Shown piece after piece: positions 1 to 9,151 of a stretch of 64,000 nucleotides of DNA. Under the pieces are notes generated by a model. That model had not been told where the DNA came from, made no database searches, and saw only the letters and a list, made by a program, of their open reading frames with translations. Within the stretch, counting starts at the first letter, position 1; each line of letters begins with the position of its first letter. The stretch covers positions 28,688 to 92,687 of the forward strand of contig CAYJTM010000001.1 of the NCBI GenBank assembly GCA_964373055.1. Reading direction: 5' to 3'. This DNA is from an uncultured Planctomycetia bacterium. GTDB lineage: Bacteria > Omnitrophota > Gorgyraeia > 1-14-0-20-64-10. Both the position numbers and the translations under genes were made by a program.

Positions 1-1676
1 TGTTCCACCGCCATCGCGGCGGCGATTTCGGTCAACCGGAAGTTGAAGCCGATCAGGTTGGTCAGCGGCTCCGCGCCGGCCTGCTCGGCGACCGCCTCCG
101 CGTGGTTGCGGATCAGGGCCAGCCGGTCCCGCAGCTTCGGATCGCGCGTGACGCAAACCCCTCCTTCCCCGACATGGATCATCTTGTTGACGTTCAGGCT
201 GAAGATGCCGATGTCGCCGAAGGAGCCGACGAACCGCCCGTTGATCTTGGCGCCGTGCGCCTGCGCGCAATCCTCCACCACCTTGAGGCCATGCTTTCGG
301 GCCAGCGCCATCAGCGGCTCCATGTCGGCCGGCAGGCCGAATTGGTGGACCACCACGATCCCGCGCGTCCGCGGAGTGATGCAGCGTTCGATCGAGGCCG
401 GATCCAGGGAACCGGTCTCCAGCTTCACGTCGGCGAAAACCGGGATCGCGCCGTAGACCAGGACGCAGGAGGCCGCCGCCGACATCGTGTAGGGGGAGAC
501 GATCACCTCGTCGCCGTAGCCGAGCCCCAGCGCGCCGATCGCCGCGATGAGCCCCGAGGTGGCGCTGTTTACGCTGACCGCATGGGGGACGTTGTAATAC
601 TCTTCCCAGGCCCGCTCCAACTTTTGGATGGAAGGCCCGCCCCAGAAACTGAAGGGCGGCTCCGGGTTCCAGTTTCCCTCGAAGAGCGAAAGCTGGCCCC
701 TCTGCAGCACCTCCAGCGCGGCTTGTTTCTCCTCTTCGCCGAACGTCTGTTTCTCCGGCGTCGCCATCGCTTGCGCCGCCCAGACCAGCTTCATGGTTTG
801 CGCGGTTTCCTCCAATGGGAAACGCCCTTCCTCCAGCGCCTTGGCCGCCGCTTCGACGGCGCCGGGCATCGATCCCTCCAATCCGCGCCAGGGGGATCCC
901 TCCACGGGCACGAGAACCCGCTCCCCGCGGGGGGTGAGGCGAACCTCCTCCGCCTCGATCCGCTTTCCGAAATCCAGGAAACGGATCCTTCCCTGCTCGA
1001 ATTGGAACTCCCCCTCGAAGAGCAGATAGCCCCGTTCATCCACGGAACGCAGATGGACCGGCGCCTCTCCCACCTGAAGCTCCACGTGGAGGTCGGCGTC
1101 GCTTCCCCGCCCAAACCCGGCCTGCCGGGCGGAAAAGAGCTGGGGTTCCTGCGGGAAGAGCATCCGGAGCAGATCGATCCAGTGGGTGCCGTTGTTGATC
1201 CATCCTCCATAGGTGGTGCAGGACCCTTCCAGCAGCTTTCCGAACCGGTTGGAGCGGGTCCACTCCGCGAGCTTCCGGTGGGGCGGGTCGAACCGCCGCG
1301 TGTGGTTGACTATCACGGTTACGCCGGCCTCCTGGGCCCGCTGCCGGATCTCGGCCAGCTCCTCGGGTTTCAGGCAGATCGGTTTCTCGACGAAGAGCAG
1401 CCGCGGCCGGCGGTCTCCCGCGAAGATCTGCCGGATCTGCGGAAAGTGGAGCTCCGTCGGGCTGCAGAGGGCGATGACATCCGGAGGGCCTCCGGAGAGC
1501 AACTCGTCGAGGTGATGGAAACCCCGCGGGACGCTCCACTCCTTCCGGAAACTCTCCAGCCGGTCCCCCCCCGGATCCACGGCGGCGGTCAAGCGGAAAC
1601 GGGGATGCTGTGAGAAGGCCTTGGCGTGCCGGCGGCCCATCCTTCCGCAGCCAACGATCCCAACGGACCATTTCAT
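1..1676 (-). CDS. Partial (C-terminus beyond window start): fusion protein, N-terminal Gfo/Idh/MocA NAD(P)-oxidoreductase + C-terminal DegT/DnrJ/EryC1 PLP aminotransferase
   Basis: Manual minus-strand translation from ATG at 1676: MKWSVGIVGCGRMGRRHAKAFS... (Rossmann GxGxxG), continuing without stops through ...FGEEEKQAALEVLQRGQLSLFEG...AVSVNSATSGLIAAIGALG...FSLNVNKMIHVGEGG (PLP-lysine motif) to position 1. The C-terminal half is paralogous to the stand-alone DegT at 23764..25059. Not in the ORF track because it runs off the edge. Confidence 0.72.
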   Translation of the reverse strand, partial: MKWSVGIVGCGRMGRRHAKAFSQHPRFRLTAAVDPGGDRLESFRKEWSVPRGFHHLDELLSGGPPDVIALCSPTELHFPQIRQIFAGDRRPRLLFVEKPICLKPEELAEIRQRAQEAGVTVIVNHTRRFDPPHRKLAEWTRSNRFGKLLEGSCTTYGGWINNGTHWIDLLRMLFPQEPQLFSARQAGFGRGSDADLHVELQVGEAPVHLRSVDERGYLLFEGEFQFEQGRIRFLDFGKRIEAEEVRLTPRGERVLVPVEGSPWRGLEGSMPGAVEAAAKALEEGRFPLEETAQTMKLVWAAQAMATPEKQTFGEEEKQAALEVLQRGQLSLFEGNWNPEPPFSFWGGPSIQKLERAWEEYYNVPHAVSVNSATSGLIAAIGALGLGYGDEVIVSPYTMSAAASCVLVYGAIPVFADVKLETGSLDPASIERCITPRTRGIVVVHQFGLPADMEPLMALARKHGLKVVEDCAQAHGAKINGRFVGSFGDIGIFSLNVNKMIHVGEGGVCVTRDPKLRDRLALIRNHAEAVAEQAGAEPLTNLIGFNFRLTEIAAAMAVE

Positions 1677-1705
1677 CGCACCGACTCCTGCCGGTAGGCC
1701 TTCCA
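1673..1705. repeat. 33-bp exact direct repeat copy A (tcatcgcaccgactcctgccggtaggccttcca); contains start codon and SD region of gene 1
   Basis: Identical 33-mer re-read base by base at 1673-1705 and 3447-3479. Confidence 0.85.
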
Positions 1706-2482
1706 TCATTTAACGCACGCCATGATGGACCCCGTTGCAAAGAAATCCAAACCCGGTTTATCTTCGGCCCACGCCGCGATTCTTGAGGTAAACTTTGGCC
1801 ACACCCTGGAGAAAGGATACGGAATGATCAGCTTGTTGTAACTGCACTGAGCCGTCACCCTGCAGCCAGCATCCAGAAGCAGACGCCGGAACTGCCCTTG
1901 GGTGTACGTGTTGCGCCGGATCCCGGCCGGTTTCCGGATGGTGAAGCGAACGAGGGCGCGCAGGGGCCCTGTGGTTCTCACGAGAAGGTCGTCGCAACTG
2001 AATTTTCTCGGTACATTAAATACCAGCCTCGCCCCCGGCCTGGCCACCCGAAGAGCTTCTCGGAGGACCTGTCGCGGATCCTCAAAATACTCCAGCAGCC
2101 CCAACCCGATGACCGCGTCGAACGCCTCATCGGGATACGGCAGCGACTCCGCATCCGCGACTTCAGCCGTAAACCGGGACGTCAGCCCCAAATCGCGAAT
2201 GCACTTCTGAGCATGGCGAATCATTTCGGGAACGCTGTCCGCCCCGTGGTATTCGACCTCTCGCTCCTTGAGCAGCTCGATCAAGGCCCCTGACCCGCAG
2301 CCGGCGTCCAACAAACGCTGCCCCTTGAGATCGCCCAGCAGCTCCACCGCCTTGCGTCGCCTCACCAGAAAACTATAGCTGGCCGGATTCGATGGGTTAT
2401 AGAGCTCGCCCCAGCGATTGCCCATGGCGTAGTCGTCGAAGTGCGCCCGAACCACCCTCCGCTGATTGCTGGGAAGAGTCAC
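1706..2482 (-). CDS. Class I SAM-dependent methyltransferase
   Basis: 258 aa; LLDAGCGSGALIELL motif I, acidic post-I; 4-bp overlap with upstream deacetylase. Confidence 0.85.
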   Translation of the reverse strand: MTLPSNQRRVVRAHFDDYAMGNRWGELYNPSNPASYSFLVRRRKAVELLGDLKGQRLLDAGCGSGALIELLKEREVEYHGADSVPEMIRHAQKCIRDLGLTSRFTAEVADAESLPYPDEAFDAVIGLGLLEYFEDPRQVLREALRVARPGARLVFNVPRKFSCDDLLVRTTGPLRALVRFTIRKPAGIRRNTYTQGQFRRLLLDAGCRVTAQCSYNKLIIPYPFSRVWPKFTSRIAAWAEDKPGLDFFATGSIMACVK

Positions 2483-3450
2483 ACGACACCCATCCGATGA
2501 ATGAGCGGCGTCATCTTCGCCACCAAGATGCTCACTGGAGCGAAGTCATCGATCATGATGCGGGGCAGCCGATAGGGGCCGTCGCCGGATGAGACCATGC
2601 GGAGTTCTGTAGTCCAGGCCGACCGATAGCCGGCCATCCGGATTCCCTGAATCACCCGCTCATCGTAATTTCCGCTGGGAAAAGCAAAGTGGTGAACCGG
2701 CCGGCGGGTCCACTGTTCAAGCAGCTGTTTGGACGTCTGGAGCTCTGCGGCCAACTCCTCATCGCTGAGCTGGGTCAGTTGGGCATGGGTGTGGGAATGG
2801 CTCCCCAGCGTGACCAGATCCCAGTCCAAGCCGCGCAGATGCTCCCGCGATGCGAGCTGGAATCTCTGAAGGCGGGAAGCGGGAGGTTCCCCCAGCTGCT
2901 TTAGAAAGTCCGCCAGGAGCGGCTCTCCCCGCGCTGCATCCGTCTGTTTGAGCATCTTGCTCACCGAGGCGACGACATATCCCCGGTTCCAGGAGCGCAG
3001 GCTCCATCGCTGCCCATCGCAAACCAACTGGGTTTTTGGGCTGTACAGAATGGCCGCGCGCAGACGATCGAACCAGAAAATATCGCTGGAGCCAACGAAC
3101 GCGGTCGGGACAAACCAGGTAGCGGGAAGCCGGTGAGCCTGGAGGGTGGGCAGGATCTCCTGGGCAAACGAAGCGTAGCCATCGTCAAAGGTCAGGGTGA
3201 TCAGCGGTTTCCGGATGTTGGAAGACAGGCTCGCAAGAAATTCTTCGATCCCCACAACATCTGCGTGCTCTTTCAGGAACAGCGCGTGCTTCTTGAAAAC
3301 GCGCGGGTCCACATTATGATAGCTCAAAGCGATCCGACGCTGGCCGGATTCCAAGCGGCCCGCCAAACGCAATAGGCCTGATCCGTGAAGAACCGGGATG
3401 GCCACCCTCTTTAGAACATGCCGGAGTCTGTGATGAGATGGTGGGGTCAT
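2479..3450 (-). CDS. Polysaccharide deacetylase (NodB-like)
   Basis: 323 aa; TFDDGYAS and HSHTH motifs typical of the NodB/CE4 fold. Confidence 0.82.
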   Translation of the reverse strand: MTPPSHHRLRHVLKRVAIPVLHGSGLLRLAGRLESGQRRIALSYHNVDPRVFKKHALFLKEHADVVGIEEFLASLSSNIRKPLITLTFDDGYASFAQEILPTLQAHRLPATWFVPTAFVGSSDIFWFDRLRAAILYSPKTQLVCDGQRWSLRSWNRGYVVASVSKMLKQTDAARGEPLLADFLKQLGEPPASRLQRFQLASREHLRGLDWDLVTLGSHSHTHAQLTQLSDEELAAELQTSKQLLEQWTRRPVHHFAFPSGNYDERVIQGIRMAGYRSAWTTELRMVSSGDGPYRLPRIMIDDFAPVSILVAKMTPLIHRMGVV

Positions 3451-3479
3451 CGCACCGACTCCTGCCGGTAGGCCTTCCA
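3447..3479. repeat. 33-bp exact direct repeat copy B; spans stop of cytidylyltransferase gene / start of deacetylase gene
   Basis: Identical to 1673-1705; here it encodes the C-terminus ...WKAYRQESVR* of the 3447..4211 gene and the ATG of 2479..3450. Confidence 0.85.
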
Positions 3480-4211
3480 GCGCCGCTCCACGCCCCGGTT
3501 TCGATCGGCGAGCTCCGGGTGCTCCTTCATGAATTCAAGGATCTGCGCCAGCCCGAATTCGGGGCCGCGCGGATAGAGATGCTCGTAAACGGCGCTCACC
3601 ACCTCAAAATCCTCGCGCGTATCCACCTCCAGGTAAAGCTCCGGCTGACGGAATCCCGGAGGGGCTTCCAGGTTGCAGATCCGGTACCGCTCCGGCCGGC
3701 CCAGGGTGCCTAAGCTCACATGTTCCCTCTGCTCGGGAGATCGGGCCGTTTGCTCGGCGTCAAACAGGAGGCGGGAGGGATAGACCGTCACCTCCATGCC
3801 GGGCGGATAGGTGGTCTTCAGGGCGCTCGTGACGACGTCGTAGCGGCCCGCGTGCTTGAGGGAGAAACCGATGAACTGGTCGATCAGCAAGGGATCCGGC
3901 AGAGGGCTGTCTCCGAGGAACTCCGCATGAAGATCGCCCGGAAAGGCGCGCAACGCGCCGGCGATACGAGACAGCACATCCTCCTCGCTGCCGCGGAAAA
4001 CCCCTACCCCAAGCCGGCGGGCCAACTCTTCCAGCGGGTCATCCTGCGGGTTGGTGCTGGTGGCCAGGACGATTTGATCAATGAGCCGACTACGGCGCAG
4101 GCGCTCGATCTGCAACTCAATCATCGGTTTGCCCAGGATCGGCAGCAGCACCTTCCCGGGAAGCCGGGAGGAGCCGGTCCGGGCCTGGATCGTCGCCGTG
4201 ACGGTCATCAC
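3447..4211 (-). CDS. Cytidylyltransferase, SpsF/PseF/NeuA-like (CTP:sugar nucleotidyltransferase)
   Basis: 254 aa; IQARTGSSRLPGKVL N-terminal signature of the CMP-sugar synthetase family; paralog of 22393..23157. Confidence 0.82.
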   Translation of the reverse strand: MMTVTATIQARTGSSRLPGKVLLPILGKPMIELQIERLRRSRLIDQIVLATSTNPQDDPLEELARRLGVGVFRGSEEDVLSRIAGALRAFPGDLHAEFLGDSPLPDPLLIDQFIGFSLKHAGRYDVVTSALKTTYPPGMEVTVYPSRLLFDAEQTARSPEQREHVSLGTLGRPERYRICNLEAPPGFRQPELYLEVDTREDFEVVSAVYEHLYPRGPEFGLAQILEFMKEHPELADRNRGVERRWKAYRQESVR

Positions 4212-5332
4212 CCCATCACCTCCGCCCTCAGATCCAAGAGGAGCTCTGCGATCCGGGCCGCCGCGTCGCCTGAGAGCAGCCGGCGCCGGAAGTCGGACTC
4301 CGAAACGGAAACGCCGGCGCCAGAAAAGAGGCCCTCCGACAGGTGGGCCGCGATCCCTTCCGGAGAGCGGGCGGAACGGACCAGGCCTGTCTCGGTCCCG
4401 ATGAAGGGGACGGCGATCCCCTGGGCCGGCTGGTAGCTGACGGCCGGCCGGCCCAGCAGCGCCGCCTCCACCAGGAGCATCGAGGTCATCCCGACCACGC
4501 CATCGGCGGCCAGCAGACAGGCCCAGGGCGGCTCGGCCTGCGCGAGCAGGAACTCCCTGGCGCGCGCCAGCGGGCCGGGCCGAAAGCGATCCCGATCCTC
4601 TTTCGGATGCAGCTTCACCACCCCCTTCAGCCGCCGGCCGTCCCGGCCCTCAACGATCCGGAGCGCCTGCGCCAACCCTTCGAGGGCGTCCGTCTCGGTG
4701 TAGCCCCGGTCATGGGGCGTCCCGCGCCGGAAGTCCTCGGAAAAGAGCTCCGAGGCGAACAGGATCAACGTCGCCGGCTCCTCGCCCATCCAGGCCGCGC
4801 GCAGCTGCCGGGCCTGCTGCAGCAGGCCGGCGTCTCCCGCCATGGCGGCGAGAGACTGCAGATGCGGCTGGCCCGTGATTCTGAGGATCTCCCTGGGAAG
4901 CCCCTCCGCCACTGCCCGCTCCAGAGCGATTTCGTCCATCACGGAGATCTGATTGGGCAGCCTCAGACGGCCGGATCCCGGCTCCACGAACCGCTCCCGG
5001 TAGTTGGACCAATGATCCACCACCGACAACGCGGGAATGCCGTTTTCTTGGCCAAACCGCAGGATCTCTTTTTCGATGCTCCGTCCCCAGGAAGTCCCCA
5101 GCAAAAGGGCCTCAGGCGCAGCGTCGCGCCAGCGCTCGCGCAGGAACCGCTCTCGTTCGCCTCGATCGGCCGGCGCCTCTTCGGCCGCGACCCCTTGCTC
5201 CCGGAAGATCCGCAGCGCCGGTCCCTCAGCGACAACGCGCAGCTGCACTCCAGGGTTGGCCTCCAGCCTTCTTAAGACCGGCAGCAGGATGTTGGCTCCG
5301 CCGGCGTCGCGGGCGGCGACCCAGACTCTCAT
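4208..5332 (-). CDS. GT-B fold protein, PseG/SpsG-like (possible nucleotide-sugar hydrolase or 2-epimerase-like)
   Basis: 374 aa; sits between NeuB-like and cytidylyltransferase genes as in sps/pse loci; C-terminal GVVGMTSMLLVEAALLGRPAV resembles the MurG/PseG C-domain. Family assignment uncertain. Confidence 0.55.
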   Translation of the reverse strand: MRVWVAARDAGGANILLPVLRRLEANPGVQLRVVAEGPALRIFREQGVAAEEAPADRGERERFLRERWRDAAPEALLLGTSWGRSIEKEILRFGQENGIPALSVVDHWSNYRERFVEPGSGRLRLPNQISVMDEIALERAVAEGLPREILRITGQPHLQSLAAMAGDAGLLQQARQLRAAWMGEEPATLILFASELFSEDFRRGTPHDRGYTETDALEGLAQALRIVEGRDGRRLKGVVKLHPKEDRDRFRPGPLARAREFLLAQAEPPWACLLAADGVVGMTSMLLVEAALLGRPAVSYQPAQGIAVPFIGTETGLVRSARSPEGIAAHLSEGLFSGAGVSVSESDFRRRLLSGDAAARIAELLLDLRAEVMG

Positions 5333-6165
5333 GGGGTCTCCCGACCGGCGGCGGTTTTCGGAAACCGGTTTCGGACCCTCTCGCGGATGGCCAGCTCCGC
5401 CTCCACCGGTTTCTTCAGCGCGGTTCCCAGCAGCCGTTCGGCCTGGCGGATCATCCCCACCAGCTCCCGCAGCTCCTCCGGGGTGACCGACAGGACGTGG
5501 TCGGTCCCCGGCAGCGTCTTATCCAGCGTGAAATGCTTCTCGATGACGGTTGCCCCGAGCGCCACCGCGATCACCGGAGCCAGCGCCCCGATCGTGTGGT
5601 CGGAATAGCCGATGGCGTGGTTCGGAAAGGCTTCGCGCAGGGCCTGGATGGCCCGGAGGTTGGCGTCGGAATCCCGGAGCGGATACTGGGTCACGCAGTG
5701 CAGGATAACGACCTGGGGAACCTTCCGGAGGAGGTTCGCCGCCTCCCGGACTTCCCCCAACTCCGCCATTCCGGTGGAAAGATAGACCCTCTGCGCATGG
5801 CCGGCGACGTATTCCAACAGAGGGCGGTTGAGCATCTCCGAGGAGGCGATCTTGATGGAGCGCAGGCCCACCTTCTCGCAGAGGAAGCGGGCCCGCTCCG
5901 GCGTGAAGGGGGCGCTCAAGAACTCCACGCCGTTGTCGCGGGCCAGGGCCGCCAGCTCGAAGTGCATCGCGTCGGGCAGCTCCACCTGATGGAACCATTC
6001 CTTTTCCGGGTCTTGGTCGGAGATGTCCCTGCCCCGGTAGGACTGGAACTTGACGACGTCCGCGCCGGCGCGAGCCGCCTCAATCACCATCTGCCGCGCC
6101 CGGCTCCAGTCCCCGACATGATTCTCGCCGATCTCGGCGATCACCGTCGTGCGTGGGTTCGTCAT
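5329..6165 (-). CDS. NeuB-family nonulosonic acid synthase, TIM-barrel only (no C-terminal SAF domain)
   Basis: 278 aa; IAEIGENHVGD, KFQSY, KIASS, GYSDHTIG, EKHFTLDK motifs of NeuB/PseI/SpsE. Confidence 0.82.
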   Translation of the reverse strand: MTNPRTTVIAEIGENHVGDWSRARQMVIEAARAGADVVKFQSYRGRDISDQDPEKEWFHQVELPDAMHFELAALARDNGVEFLSAPFTPERARFLCEKVGLRSIKIASSEMLNRPLLEYVAGHAQRVYLSTGMAELGEVREAANLLRKVPQVVILHCVTQYPLRDSDANLRAIQALREAFPNHAIGYSDHTIGALAPVIAVALGATVIEKHFTLDKTLPGTDHVLSVTPEELRELVGMIRQAERLLGTALKKPVEAELAIRERVRNRFPKTAAGRETP

Positions 6166-6863
6166 CGAAGGGCTTCCTCCAGCTCAGGGTTGGGCCCGGC
6201 CTCCCGCAGCGCCTGCATGCCCCAGGCCTGCGCGAGCTCGCGCCACCCCTCATGACGCGCCTGGCGCGAGTGAGTCATGCCCGCGGCGTGCCGATGGTAC
6301 GTGTAGAGAGGGGCGGCGACGTGCAGGAACCTTCCCTGAACGCGCAGCCGAAGGTAGAGGTCGTATTCTTCCCAGTAGAAGGGGCGATACCCTCCGATCG
6401 CGCGGAGCAGCTCGGTTCGGAAGAGCGTTCCGCAGGCGATCAGGGAGTACAGGTTGTCAGGGTCCACCCGGACGTGCCGCTTCTCCTCCCCCTCCCATTC
6501 GGTGCGGTCCGGCACGGCGCAGCTGGCCTCGGGGGCCGCCTCCAGCGCGGTTGCCATCCGCTCCAGCCAGTCCGGCGCCGCCCGATCATCCGAGTCGATC
6601 CGGGCAAGGTACTTTCCTTGGGCCAGCCGAAGCCCGGCGTTGCAGCTGGCGGGCAGCCCCTGGTTCGGCTGGCGGATGACGCGGAGCCAGTCCGATTGAT
6701 GCGAGAGGATCTCCTGAGTCTCATCGGTGGAACCGTCGTTGATGACGATCACCTCCCACCGATCAGGAGGAAGAGTCTGCGCGCGGAGACTCCGGAGCGC
6801 TTCGGAAAGCAGGGCGGCCTGGTTGAAGGTCGGCAGGACAGCGCTTACCAGGGGGCGGCTCAT
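6162..6863 (-). CDS. Family 2 glycosyltransferase
   Basis: Start at internal Met (MSRPLVSAVLPTFNQ) gives ATGA overlap with the upstream gene stop; VINDGSTDET, DSDD motifs. The ORF-track N-terminal 93 aa is a read-through extension. Confidence 0.78.
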   Translation of the reverse strand: MSRPLVSAVLPTFNQAALLSEALRSLRAQTLPPDRWEVIVINDGSTDETQEILSHQSDWLRVIRQPNQGLPASCNAGLRLAQGKYLARIDSDDRAAPDWLERMATALEAAPEASCAVPDRTEWEGEEKRHVRVDPDNLYSLIACGTLFRTELLRAIGGYRPFYWEEYDLYLRLRVQGRFLHVAAPLYTYHRHAAGMTHSRQARHEGWRELAQAWGMQALREAGPNPELEEALR

Positions 6864-9151
6864 CGGGGCTTCTCGCAAAGGGCGCCCAGCCCCAACAAAA
6901 GGACGAACGTGATCCCACAGCCGGCCGTAAGCATTTGCAGCGGCACGGCCTCTGCCGCTGTCAAGAGCACAGAGGAACTCTCCGGCGGCACATCGGCTTC
7001 CCACCGAAACCCGGAGAATTGAAGCGCAAGCGGGACGGCGTGGCCACCCCGGTCGACTGCGCTTGCTTTCATTTTCCGGAGATCCACGTGAAGCGACAAC
7101 CGTCCCCCTTTCGGATTTTGGAACCGGACGGCAATTCCCCACGGGATATGTTCCAGCGGCAATGGAACCCCGGGCTCATCAAGAAAGAAGGCAACCGGCT
7201 TGGCGCTTCTGTTTTCGAAGACCGCCGCGTACTCTCCCTGATACACCCGGCTGAACTTCTCTGGGTAAAGGCTTCGCAGGTCGAAATTACTCAGCCAATA
7301 CCGCACCCCATACGCTTCAAAACTCTCCGGCCCGGGGTCGACAATCTCGGCGAGGCGACGATTCAGGAAGGCGCCCTCCGGGCTGTTCGGCCGGTGGAGG
7401 AACGGGTTGCCGTCCGCCCTTAAGTTTCTTTGGACCGGCGTGTAGAAATGCAAGCTGGGGAGCAGGAACGCGAGGCCCTGCCGAAGGGACTTGTCATCCG
7501 CCGAAAGATAGGAAAGGATGACGTTCTCCCGCTGCATGACGGTCGCCCAAAACTTCTTCAAATTCCCTTGGGCAAGGTGGACGTTCGAGGCGAGGATCAA
7601 CCCGACCCGGTATTCGTAGCTCGGGACGCGATCCCGCAGGAACCGGAATTCCGATGGAGGAGACAAGGCCGCATCCAACCCCGGCTGCCGAACGTGCCAT
7701 TCCTGCGAATACCCGACGCTCAACGTGGGCGTCGCGATCGTCAAAAACAACGCGCCAAAGCAAAGAACCGGCCGAGAAGAGGCCCGAAAGGCCCGGGCTC
7801 CGAAATAGCCCGCAAGCCCCAGCGCGACCCCGGCCGCCACGGCGCGTGTGCCGCGCAAAAACTGCGGGATCATGGCCCCGGAACCCAGCATCCCGAAGCG
7901 CGAAGCCCACTCGGTCAACTGCTGGGCGTTCAGCGCGCAGAGAGCAAAAAAGGTCGCGGCTGCGCCGATCAGGAGCGCCTGGTAGAACCGGTGCAAGATC
8001 CGATTCGGCCGGCCAAACTCCTCTCGTCCGACGCCTGCGGCGACCACGAAGCCGCTGAGCAATGGAAAAAGGAAGGTGCGATGGAACCCCAACCCCCTGA
8101 TCAGCGGGGAGGGAATCCGGACCGCCTCCGCCACAGCCAAGGAGCCGATGTACAATCCCATCCCGATGGCCAAGGTTCGCATGCCCCTTTGCCTGGACCA
8201 CCCAAGGGCCAGGAGACTCGGGAGAAAGAGGAACGACCCAAAAAGAAAATTATTGGGAGGTTGTATTTTGCCCAGCCACCCCAGCTTGCTCAGCACGTCT
8301 CCCGCCACGATCGGAGCGGGGAACAGCAGACCCAACAAGCCGGTAAAAACGGAGCCGTCCAAGCCCCAGGCAAGCTCTCTCGGAGTGTATCGGGCGACTA
8401 AACCGGAACCCAACGAGAAGAGGATCGGAGCCAGGATTGGCGTCCAGGCAAGGGCGGTGATCGGCCATACCCACAGGGTCCATGGAACAAGCGTTCGCCT
8501 CCAGCTCCCCTTGCGGTAGACGGCCATCAGAAGAATCGCGGCGAACAGGTAAGCTTGGCTTGCGATCAGGGATGACAGGCCGGCAACGTACGGCTGCAGG
8601 GCGTTGGCAACCGCGCAGGCAAGCAGGTGCCCGCGCCGCCCTGTCTTGAGAAAAAGCCAAAACTCCCCCAAGGAGACCGCCAGCAGAATGGCAGCGGGCA
8701 CCCCGTAGGCCGTGACGACCCATTCCGACCACGAAGGCGAGAAGAACGCCACCACGGCTCCCGTAATCCCGGCGGTTCGAGTAACCCGGAAAACCGTTCG
8801 GCTGTAGCGATACACCACAAAGAAAAGAAGACTGTGCAGGCCCATCAGAAGGATCCCCCAGCCGGCCGCGCTGGCGCCCAGGGCGATGCTGGCCAGGCGA
8901 AGCAGGTGGAATGGATGGAAGACAATGTCCTGGCCCCAAAGCCGGGTATCCGCTGAGAGGTCGAAGTAGTGAAAGAACCGTCCCCCGGGCCGGTTGTCAC
9001 CCAGCAAGGTCAGCATGTGCTCCACGGGATCATCCTCTGAGCTCGTGAGGACGGTCCGCGCGGAAAGCAGCATGGGCCCATAAAAGACAAGCAGGCATAA
9101 AGCCAGCGCAAGGAAAGGAAGGAACCGATCCTTCCCCGGAGAATCGTTCAC
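6860..9151 (-). CDS. YfhO-family polytopic membrane glycosyltransferase (GT-C-like), paralog 1
   Basis: ~764-788 aa, >12 predicted TM helices plus C-terminal extracytoplasmic domain. Shares LALCLLVFYGP, YGVRYWLSNFDL, EGEYAAVFEN blocks with the next gene. Likely GTG start at 9151 overlapping the upstream TGA (GTGA); the ORF track starts at 9226. Confidence 0.75.
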   Translation of the reverse strand: MNDSPGKDRFLPFLALALCLLVFYGPMLLSARTVLTSSEDDPVEHMLTLLGDNRPGGRFFHYFDLSADTRLWGQDIVFHPFHLLRLASIALGASAAGWGILLMGLHSLLFFVVYRYSRTVFRVTRTAGITGAVVAFFSPSWSEWVVTAYGVPAAILLAVSLGEFWLFLKTGRRGHLLACAVANALQPYVAGLSSLIASQAYLFAAILLMAVYRKGSWRRTLVPWTLWVWPITALAWTPILAPILFSLGSGLVARYTPRELAWGLDGSVFTGLLGLLFPAPIVAGDVLSKLGWLGKIQPPNNFLFGSFLFLPSLLALGWSRQRGMRTLAIGMGLYIGSLAVAEAVRIPSPLIRGLGFHRTFLFPLLSGFVVAAGVGREEFGRPNRILHRFYQALLIGAAATFFALCALNAQQLTEWASRFGMLGSGAMIPQFLRGTRAVAAGVALGLAGYFGARAFRASSRPVLCFGALFLTIATPTLSVGYSQEWHVRQPGLDAALSPPSEFRFLRDRVPSYEYRVGLILASNVHLAQGNLKKFWATVMQRENVILSYLSADDKSLRQGLAFLLPSLHFYTPVQRNLRADGNPFLHRPNSPEGAFLNRRLAEIVDPGPESFEAYGVRYWLSNFDLRSLYPEKFSRVYQGEYAAVFENRSAKPVAFFLDEPGVPLPLEHIPWGIAVRFQNPKGGRLSLHVDLRKMKASAVDRGGHAVPLALQFSGFRWEADVPPESSSVLLTAAEAVPLQMLTAGCGITFVLLLGLGALCEKPR

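Noticed and set aside
102-1613. 503-aa plus-strand ORF
   Set aside because: It is in exact antisense codon register with the real minus-strand fusion gene. The sequence is low-complexity and R/P/G/A/L-rich, and no conserved motifs are recognisable. This is typical high-GC shadow ORF behaviour.
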